A DNA stretch of 64,000 nt from an uncultured Dehalococcoidaceae bacterium (GTDB lineage: Bacteria > Chloroflexota > Dehalococcoidia > Dehalococcoidales > RBG-16-60-22). The position numbers and the translations under genes were made by a program. Position 1 is the first letter of the stretch; the number at the start of each line of letters is the position of its first letter. Shown piece by piece: positions 48,896-55,818 of the stretch. The notes beneath the pieces are model-generated. The model was not told the DNA's origin. It saw only the letters and a program-made list of their open reading frames with translations, and did not search any database. The stretch spans positions 223,486 to 287,485 of the forward strand of contig CAZBMB010000001.1 in the NCBI GenBank assembly GCA_964493435.1, read 5' to 3'.

Positions 48896-49135
48896 GTGAT
48901 GAGGAACAGAAGCAATATGAAAGAAAAGAAGTCGGCGGTAAAAACGGCCTGCCGGCATTACTGGGTTATTGAGGCTGCTAGTGGCCCTACTAGCCGGGGT
49001 GTCTGCAGGTTTTGCGGTGAGAAAAAGGAGTTCCTAAATTCGTGGTCGGACGCCAGCTATAAAGGGAAGGACGCCAGAGTTTTTGACCTGCCCGATATGC
49101 TGGAAGATGAGGCAGAGGCTGAAGACGGTTCCTAG
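48896..49135 (+). CDS. hypothetical zinc-ribbon protein with acidic tail
   Basis: 79 aa; CRHYW...GVCRFCG (C-x-H...C-x2-C). AAGGAGAGGGGG lies upstream. The start is GTG 48896 or ATG 48899. Confidence 0.55.
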   Translation: MMRNRSNMKEKKSAVKTACRHYWVIEAASGPTSRGVCRFCGEKKEFLNSWSDASYKGKDARVFDLPDMLEDEAEAEDGS

Positions 49136-49172
49136 AAGAGCCATAAGATAGAGGCAAGAAGCCGTCATATTC

Positions 49173-49200
49173 GGAGGGGCGAAAAGCCCCTCCGTTCGTT
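49173..49200 (+). terminator. Probable intrinsic terminator at the end of the signalling operon
   Basis: GGAGGGGC-GAAAA-GCCCCTCC followed by the T-rich GTTCGTTT. Confidence 0.55.
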
Positions 49201-49243
49201 TATGATAGCTTCAAGTCTATATTTATTGTAAGATAGTAGGGCA

Positions 49244-50401
49244 ATGGTTGACGCCGTAAAGCGGGTGGCAGTTCTCGGTTCCACCGGTTCCATTGGCCGG
49301 CAAACGCTTGACGTTATCCGGGCAATGCCGCAGCGATTTCAGGTTGTTGGGCTGGCGGCGGGGAAGAATATGGAGTTGCTCGCTGAGCAGATTGCGGAAT
49401 TCAAGCCCGAGTTCATTGGCTGCCCGCCAATAAATGATGATATTGAGCGTTTAAAGCGTATAGTTGATATAAAACAAAACTTGTCACCTCTGGAAGAAAT
49501 TGCTGCCAGCACCGAGGTAGATGTGGCAGTAATTGCTACTTCTGGAAATGCCGGGCTAAAGCCGGCGCTGGCCGCGCTGCGGGCGGGCAGAAATATTGCG
49601 CTGGCCAATAAAGAGTCGCTGGTCTCGGCAGGGGAGATGCTCACCCGTGAGGCTAAGAAAAGTGGTGCTCGGATTTTACCCGTCGACAGCGAACACAGCG
49701 CCATATGGCAGTGTCTCAGCGGTGAGCACCAGGAAGCCGCCAGGATAATTCTGACCGCGTCTGGTGGGCCATTTCGTCAGTCTTCTTTAGAGCAGATGGC
49801 AGAGGTGACTGCGGCGCAGGCTTTGCAGCATCCTTCGTGGCAGATGGGGCAAAAGGTAACCATCGACTCGGCGACGCTGATGAATAAAGGGCTTGAGGTT
49901 ATTGAGGCGCACTGGCTTTTCACCATGCCCTATGACCGTGTCGATGTGCTCATCCATCCCCAGAGTATTATCCACTCCATGGTGGAATTTATCGATGGTT
50001 CAATCAAAGCGCAATTGAGTTATCCGGATATGCGCCTGCCCATACAGTATGCCCTGTCCTATCCGGAACGACTTCTCAACCCAGGGCTTCCCCGAATCGA
50101 CTGGAATCAGGTCAAAAGCCTGGACTTTGAATCTCCTGACTGCGAAAAGTTTCCCTGTCTGCGGCTGGCGATTGAGGCTGGTAAGCAGGGAGGGACCTAT
50201 CCGACGGTGCTCTGTGCCGCCGACGAGGTGGCGGTTGAGCTTTTCCTAGACGGGCGCATCCGCTTTATCGATATCGCTGGCGCCATTGAACAGGTACTGG
50301 AAAAGCATCAGCCTATCGCCAGCCCCACACTGGGGGAGATCGAGACGGCGGATGTCTGGGCCAGGGAAACGTTGCTCAAAGAGGCGAGCAGGGTGAAGTA
50401 A
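49244..50401 (+). CDS. dxr: 1-deoxy-D-xylulose 5-phosphate reductoisomerase
   Basis: 385 aa; VLGSTGSIGRQTLDV NADPH fold, LANKESLV, DSEHSA, and the HPSW/NKGLE motifs. Confidence 0.95.
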   Translation: MVDAVKRVAVLGSTGSIGRQTLDVIRAMPQRFQVVGLAAGKNMELLAEQIAEFKPEFIGCPPINDDIERLKRIVDIKQNLSPLEEIAASTEVDVAVIATSGNAGLKPALAALRAGRNIALANKESLVSAGEMLTREAKKSGARILPVDSEHSAIWQCLSGEHQEAARIILTASGGPFRQSSLEQMAEVTAAQALQHPSWQMGQKVTIDSATLMNKGLEVIEAHWLFTMPYDRVDVLIHPQSIIHSMVEFIDGSIKAQLSYPDMRLPIQYALSYPERLLNPGLPRIDWNQVKSLDFESPDCEKFPCLRLAIEAGKQGGTYPTVLCAADEVAVELFLDGRIRFIDIAGAIEQVLEKHQPIASPTLGEIETADVWARETLLKEASRVK

Positions 50402-51465
50402 TGTTCATATTTATTACGATAGTTGCTTTCCTCGGCATACTGGCAATAGTTATTATCGCTCACGAGTTAGGGCACTTGACTATTGCCAAGTTGGCTGGCG
50501 TTACCGTTGAGGAATTTGGCATCGGTTTTCCGCCCCGGTTGTTCTCGTTCAAGCGCGGTGGAACGTTATACTCGCTGAATGCGATACCGCTGGGCGGCTT
50601 TGTTAAGATGGCTGGAGAAGAAGACCCCAAGGTTACCGGAAGCCTGGCCAGCAAGAGCATTCCGGTCCGAATTCTGGCGCTCAGCGCTGGTTCGCTGATG
50701 AACCTGCTGCTGCCCCTGCTTCTCTTCTCGGTGGCCTTCATGGTCCCGCATAATGTTGTTTACGGGCAGGTGGAAGTTGACAGCGTAGCGGCGAATTCGC
50801 CGGCGGACAGAACGGGTATCGTTGCCGGCGACACCATTCTTGAGGTGAATGGGCATACCATCGATAATACTGGCGACCTGCAGCGAAATATACAACTCAA
50901 CCTGGGGCAACCCATAACCCTGCTCATCCAGCACATTGACGATACCGTTGAGGAGATCAAGGCGACACCGCGCTGGCAGCCGCCGGAGGGGGAGGGGGCG
51001 ATTGGCGCGGCGGTGAAAACGGTGTCAGCAACGGTCGTCCGTAAGAGCTACCCTTTCTGGCAGGCGATACCGATGGGCGTGCAGGAATGCGTTGAAACGT
51101 TTGCTCTCTTCAAGAATGGCATTATCAGCATGATTATTGGCACGGCACCGAGGGTGGTAGGCGGGCCGGTAGCTATTGCGCAGGTAACTGGTGAGGTGGC
51201 CCAGGCGGGATTGAGCCCGCTGCTGGAGTTCGCCGCTTTCCTCAGCATAAACCTGGCCATCATCAACCTTCTCCCCCTGCCGGCACTGGACGGCGGCAGA
51301 ATTTCCTTCGTCCTTCTGGAATGGGTGAGGCGCGGAAAACGTGTGCCGGCCCGCATCGAAGGCATGATTCACATGGCCGGTTTTGCCCTGCTGATTGGTT
51401 TTATACTGCTGGTGACCTATCAGGATATCATCCGCATTATCAGCGGCGAGAGTCTGCTGCCATGA
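50401..51465 (+). CDS. rseP: RIP metalloprotease RseP (site-2 protease, M50 family)
   Basis: 354 aa; HELGH zinc site, internal PDZ domain, NLLPLPALDGG motif; follows dxr as in many bacteria. Confidence 0.92.
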   Translation: MFIFITIVAFLGILAIVIIAHELGHLTIAKLAGVTVEEFGIGFPPRLFSFKRGGTLYSLNAIPLGGFVKMAGEEDPKVTGSLASKSIPVRILALSAGSLMNLLLPLLLFSVAFMVPHNVVYGQVEVDSVAANSPADRTGIVAGDTILEVNGHTIDNTGDLQRNIQLNLGQPITLLIQHIDDTVEEIKATPRWQPPEGEGAIGAAVKTVSATVVRKSYPFWQAIPMGVQECVETFALFKNGIISMIIGTAPRVVGGPVAIAQVTGEVAQAGLSPLLEFAAFLSINLAIINLLPLPALDGGRISFVLLEWVRRGKRVPARIEGMIHMAGFALLIGFILLVTYQDIIRIISGESLLP

Positions 51466-52514
51466 TGAAAAGGCGCGTTTCCAAGCAGATTAATATTGGT
51501 GGGGTGGTTATAGGGGGCGGGGCACCCATCGTGGTGCAGTCCATGACCAACACCGACACCCGCGATGTCAGGTCGACTGTACGCCAGATAAGGGAGCTTG
51601 AGAAGGTCGACTGCGAGCTGGTGCGGGTGGCCGTGCCCGATGCCGAGGCCGCCCGGGCTATTACGAATATTAAGAAGGGAATTCACATCCCGCTTATCGC
51701 CGATATCCACTTTGATTACAGATTAGCTCTGGCGGCGCTGGAGGCGGGCGCCGACGGCCTGAGGGTTAACCCGGGGAACATTACCGATTTGGAGAAGGTG
51801 AAGGTGGTGGCGCTGGCGGCCAGGGAGAGGGGCATACCTATACGCATCGGGGTGAACGCGGGCAGCCTGCCCAAAACAGCCAATCCGAAACTGAGCGTTG
51901 CGGAGAGGATGGTCGAGGCAGCTCTGGGCCAGATAAGGCTTTTAGAGAGCCTCGACTTCGACCTTATAAAAGTATCTTTAAAGGCGTTTGACGTGCCGAC
52001 GATGGTTGAGGCCAACGAGAGCCTTGCCGAGAAGATGCCCTATCCTGTTCATCTGGGCGTTACCGAGGCGGGCACGCCCAGGTGGGGCGTCATCCGCAGC
52101 GCCGTGGGCATCGGCACTTTGTTATACACGGGTATCGGCGACACCATACGCGTTTCCCTGACCGCCCATCCCCGCGAGGAGGTAATCGCCGGCTACGAGA
52201 TTTTGAAGAGCCTGGACCTGCGCCAGCACGGGCCTGTCCTCGTTAGTTGCCCCTCCTGTGGTCGGGCGGAAGTTGATATAGTAAAATTAGCGGAAGAGGT
52301 GGAGGAGCAGCTGCTCAAAATAACCAAGCCGGTAAGGGTGGCGGTGATGGGCTGCGTGGTCAACGGCCCCGGCGAGGCTAAAGATGCCGACGTCGGCATC
52401 GCCTGTGGGAAGGGGAAAGGCGTTATCTTCAAGAAGGGGAAAAAGGTGGGGGTGGTGGCGGAAAAAGATTTTGTAACCGCGCTGATGAGGGAAGTGGGGG
52501 TGATGGTAAAATAA
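51462..52514 (+). CDS. ispG: 4-hydroxy-3-methylbut-2-en-1-yl diphosphate synthase (flavodoxin)
   Basis: The ORF starts at 51321 inside rseP. ATG 51462 (ATGA overlap with the rseP stop) gives MMKRRVSKQINIGGVVIGGGAPIVVQSMTNT, the canonical IspG start. Cluster ligands CPSCGR and GCVVNGPGE are present. Confidence 0.93.
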   Translation: MMKRRVSKQINIGGVVIGGGAPIVVQSMTNTDTRDVRSTVRQIRELEKVDCELVRVAVPDAEAARAITNIKKGIHIPLIADIHFDYRLALAALEAGADGLRVNPGNITDLEKVKVVALAARERGIPIRIGVNAGSLPKTANPKLSVAERMVEAALGQIRLLESLDFDLIKVSLKAFDVPTMVEANESLAEKMPYPVHLGVTEAGTPRWGVIRSAVGIGTLLYTGIGDTIRVSLTAHPREEVIAGYEILKSLDLRQHGPVLVSCPSCGRAEVDIVKLAEEVEEQLLKITKPVRVAVMGCVVNGPGEAKDADVGIACGKGKGVIFKKGKKVGVVAEKDFVTALMREVGVMVK

Positions 52515-52515
52515 A

Positions 52516-52598
52516 CAGGGAGTTTAAGAGGGGCGAAGCCCCTCTCCCATAACCCTTCCCCCTCTCCTTTGAAGGAGAGGGGGACACAGGGGGTGAGG
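52516..52598. repeat. Copy B of the ~85-nt two-hairpin intergenic repeat (inverted relative to copy A at 933-1019)
   Basis: It has an 8-bp hairpin, AGAGGGGC-GAA-GCCCCTCT (52527-52545), and a perfect 12-bp hairpin, TCCCCCTCTCCT-TTGA-AGGAGAGGGGGA (52557-52584). It fills the ispG-proS spacer. Confidence 0.7.
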
Positions 52599-52624
52599 TA
52601 GAAACAGAGAGAATGGAGTAGCTT

Positions 52625-54325
52625 ATGCGCCTATCTGAATTATTCGGCAAGACACAACGGGAGATACCGTCGGAAGCGGACACCCCCAGCCACCAGCTTT
52701 TGCTCAGGGCGGGGATGATAATGCAGGTGGCGGCGGGGGTCTACTCCTATATGCCCCTGGGGTGGCGGGTGCTGAAAAAGGTTGAGAATATCATCCGCGA
52801 GGAGATGGACAACGCCGGCGGACAGGAGCTGACCATGCCCGTGCTCCAGCCCGTTGAGCTCTGGCAGCAGACGGGGAGAGACCAGGCCTTCGGCAAGGGA
52901 CTTTTCACCCTGCTGGACCGCCGCGAGCGCACCCTTGTCCTCGGCCCCACCCACGAAGAGGTGCTCACCCAGATGGTCAGCCACCATGTCCAGAGCTACC
53001 GCGATTTACCCAAACTGCTCTATCAGATTCAGACCAAATTCAGAGACGAGCCGCGACCGCGCGGCGGGCTTATTCGGGTGCGCGAGTTCATCATGAAAGA
53101 CCTCTACAGCTTTGATGTTGACGAGGCCGGGCTGGACGTGAGCTATCAGAAGATGGTGCAGGCCTATAAGAATATCTATGACCGCTGTGACCTGCCCACG
53201 CTGTTCGTCGAGGCGGACAGTGGCGCCATCGGCGGCAAGGACTCCCACGAATTCATGCTCATCGCCGAGACCGGCGAGGACTGGGTCATTCACTGTGAAA
53301 AATGTAAATATGCCGCCAATGCCGACAAGGCGGTCAGCGTCAAGAGAAAAATCGGGCCGGAAAAGCCGCAGCCGATGGCGGAAGTGGCCACACCCGGCAT
53401 GAAGACCATTGAAGACGTATCCAGCTTCCTCAAGGTGCCCAAGGACCACACCCTGAAGGCGGTGTTCTACGTTGCCGACGGACAGGTGGTCTTTGCCATG
53501 ATACGGGGTGACCTAGACGTCAACGAGGTCAAGCTGCAGCGACTGCTGAAATGCACTGACCTGCATATCGCTATCGAAGACGAGGTAAAAGCGGCGGGCA
53601 TCGCTGCCGGCTATGCCTCACCGATGGGCCTGAAAAATATAAAAATCGTGGCCGACGACTCGGTGACCGAGGGCATTAACTTCGTCGCCGGCGGCAACAA
53701 GCCGGACGTGCATGTCAAGAACGTTAACTACCCCCGCGACTTCAAAGCTGATATCGTGGCCGATATAGCCCAGGTCAGGGACGGCGACGGCTGCCCGAAC
53801 TGCGGCGGCACGCTTAAGTCCATGCCGGGGATAGAAATCGGGCACGTGTTCAAGCTGGGCACCTTCCTCAGCAATGCCCTTGGCGCCAATTTCATCGATG
53901 AAAAAGGCAATTCAAAGCCGATTATCATGGGCTGCTACGGCATAGGGCTGGGGAGACTGCTGGCGGCGGTCGTCGAGCACTACCACGACGACAAGGGCAT
54001 CATCTGGCCGCTGTCCGTCGCGCCCTACCAGGTCTATCTCTGCCCGCTGTACCGCGAGGGCACAAGCGTGGCTGAAGTTGCCGATAAACTCTACGACGAA
54101 TTGCAAGCGGCCGGCCTGGAGGTGCTCTTTGACGACCGTGAAGAGTCGCCCGGCGTGAAGTTCAACGATGCTGACCTGCTGGGCATACCGTTAAGGGTGA
54201 CGGTCAGCCCGCGCAATCTGGAAAAGAACAGCGTTGAGGTGAAGTGGCGCGCGGAAAAAGAGGCTATGCTGGTGCCCGTGGCTGAGGCGGTAGACAAAAT
54301 GAAGAAACTGGTTAAGGCAAGGTGA
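52625..54325 (+). CDS. proS: proline--tRNA ligase (bacterial type with INS editing domain)
   Basis: 566 aa; class II motifs (FRDEPRPRGGLIRVREF, GIEIGHVFKLG, GCYGIGLGRL) and an inserted editing domain. Confidence 0.93.
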   Translation: MRLSELFGKTQREIPSEADTPSHQLLLRAGMIMQVAAGVYSYMPLGWRVLKKVENIIREEMDNAGGQELTMPVLQPVELWQQTGRDQAFGKGLFTLLDRRERTLVLGPTHEEVLTQMVSHHVQSYRDLPKLLYQIQTKFRDEPRPRGGLIRVREFIMKDLYSFDVDEAGLDVSYQKMVQAYKNIYDRCDLPTLFVEADSGAIGGKDSHEFMLIAETGEDWVIHCEKCKYAANADKAVSVKRKIGPEKPQPMAEVATPGMKTIEDVSSFLKVPKDHTLKAVFYVADGQVVFAMIRGDLDVNEVKLQRLLKCTDLHIAIEDEVKAAGIAAGYASPMGLKNIKIVADDSVTEGINFVAGGNKPDVHVKNVNYPRDFKADIVADIAQVRDGDGCPNCGGTLKSMPGIEIGHVFKLGTFLSNALGANFIDEKGNSKPIIMGCYGIGLGRLLAAVVEHYHDDKGIIWPLSVAPYQVYLCPLYREGTSVAEVADKLYDELQAAGLEVLFDDREESPGVKFNDADLLGIPLRVTVSPRNLEKNSVEVKWRAEKEAMLVPVAEAVDKMKKLVKAR

Positions 54326-54336
54326 GGTAGCAAAAG

Positions 54337-55818
54337 ATGGCGCTGATGAAGCCGGAGCAGTTTGAAGAGAGCCTGAAAAAGCTCAAGCCGCGCGTCTTCA
54401 TGAACGGAAAAAGGGTGCCTGACATCTTGGCGAACCGGAACACTCGCACCGTGGTGGAGGCGAACAAGGCCAGCTATGCCTGGGCGCTTGACCCGAAATA
54501 TAAAGATATCATGACCTGCCATTCGCCACTGATTGGTGAGACGGTTAATCGCTATACCCACGTGAGCGCCAGCGTTGAGGACCTGGTTAAGAAAGCCGAG
54601 GCGGGCACCTTCACCGCCGAGATGCTGGGGACGTGCATCTACCGCTGCGTTGGCTATGACGCTTTTCATGCCCTGGCCAGCACTACCTGGGAGATGGACC
54701 GCGACCTTGGCACTGAGTATAAACCGCGATTTCTGGAATACCTGAAGATGGTGCAGAAAAAAGACTTATCTGTGGCCGGCGCCCTCACCGAACCGAGAGG
54801 TGTCCGGAACAAGAAAACGCTGGAGTGGCCTGACCCGTACCTGTCATTGAAGATGGTGGATAAGAATAAGGACGGCATGGTGGTGCGGGGGGCCAAAATC
54901 AATATCAGCGGCGCCTACGCCAGCCATGAGCTGATGGTGCTGCCCCAGGGTGCCCACGGCGAGGGTGAGGAAGACTACGCCATCGCTTTTGCCACCCCCA
55001 CCGATGCCAAAGGCATCGCTTACGTTTGCCAGTACACGCCTTATTCGGCGGAGAGGGAGCAGGCCGACGACCTCGAGGAGCTGGGCAACCCGGTCTATGG
55101 CCAGCGTGAGACCTCAATGGTCGTCTTTGATAATGTATTTATCCCTTGGGAGCGCGTTTTCCACTGCGGCGAATACCAGTATTCCGGCAGGATGGTAGCC
55201 CGCTTTGCCCGGACGCACCGCATGACCTGTGGCGGGACGTGCAAAGTGGGCTTCATGAACCAGATAATCGGCGCCTCAAGGCTGATTCAGGAATACAAGG
55301 GGCTGGAGAAGGCGGCACATATAAACGAGCAGCTGGCCGAGATGGTAACGCTGCGGGAGACGGGCCGGGCCTGTGGCCTGGAGGCGGCTCGTCGCGGCAC
55401 GGAGGAACCTCCCGGCTCGGGCGTTTTTCTGCCCGACGAGCTCATGGGCAACGTGGCCAAGCTGAATGTCTGCAACGCTTTCTGGCGGGTGATGGCACTG
55501 GCCGGTGACATCGGCGGTGGGCTCATCGTCACCATGCCTTCGCTGAAGGAACTTAAAAATCCTGAGGTCAAGGACTACGTTGCGGAGTTTTATTCCTTCG
55601 GCTCGTCCGAGCCGACCGAGAACATCATGAAGGTTACAAAACTTTTACAGAACTGGACGGCGGGGCTGCACGGGGTGGGCACCTGGCACGGCGCCGGGCC
55701 GGTGCAGACGCAGAAAATCATGCTGCAGCGGGTCATCAACTACGACCGCGAGAAGGACTTGGTCAGGCGACATTTGAAGCTGAAGGGCAGCGGTAAGAAA
55801 CCTGAATTTGACGGTTAG
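54337..55818 (+). CDS. 4-hydroxybutyryl-CoA dehydratase / 4-hydroxyphenylacetate 3-hydroxylase (AbfD/HpaB) family protein
   Basis: 493 aa with family-typical length and N-terminus. Cys100-x3-Cys104 (CIYRC) and His294/Cys298/Cys302 (HRMTCGGTC) sit near the positions I recall for the AbfD 4Fe-4S ligands. Confidence 0.65.
   Translation: MALMKPEQFEESLKKLKPRVFMNGKRVPDILANRNTRTVVEANKASYAWALDPKYKDIMTCHSPLIGETVNRYTHVSASVEDLVKKAEAGTFTAEMLGTCIYRCVGYDAFHALASTTWEMDRDLGTEYKPRFLEYLKMVQKKDLSVAGALTEPRGVRNKKTLEWPDPYLSLKMVDKNKDGMVVRGAKINISGAYASHELMVLPQGAHGEGEEDYAIAFATPTDAKGIAYVCQYTPYSAEREQADDLEELGNPVYGQRETSMVVFDNVFIPWERVFHCGEYQYSGRMVARFARTHRMTCGGTCKVGFMNQIIGASRLIQEYKGLEKAAHINEQLAEMVTLRETGRACGLEAARRGTEEPPGSGVFLPDELMGNVAKLNVCNAFWRVMALAGDIGGGLIVTMPSLKELKNPEVKDYVAEFYSFGSSEPTENIMKVTKLLQNWTAGLHGVGTWHGAGPVQTQKIMLQRVINYDREKDLVRRHLKLKGSGKKPEFDG

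Noticed and set aside
52429-52683. 84-aa Pro/Ser-rich minus-strand ORF across the ispG-proS spacer
   Set aside because: It is generated by the C/G-run hairpins of the repeat element and overlaps the ends of ispG and proS. It has no start context.
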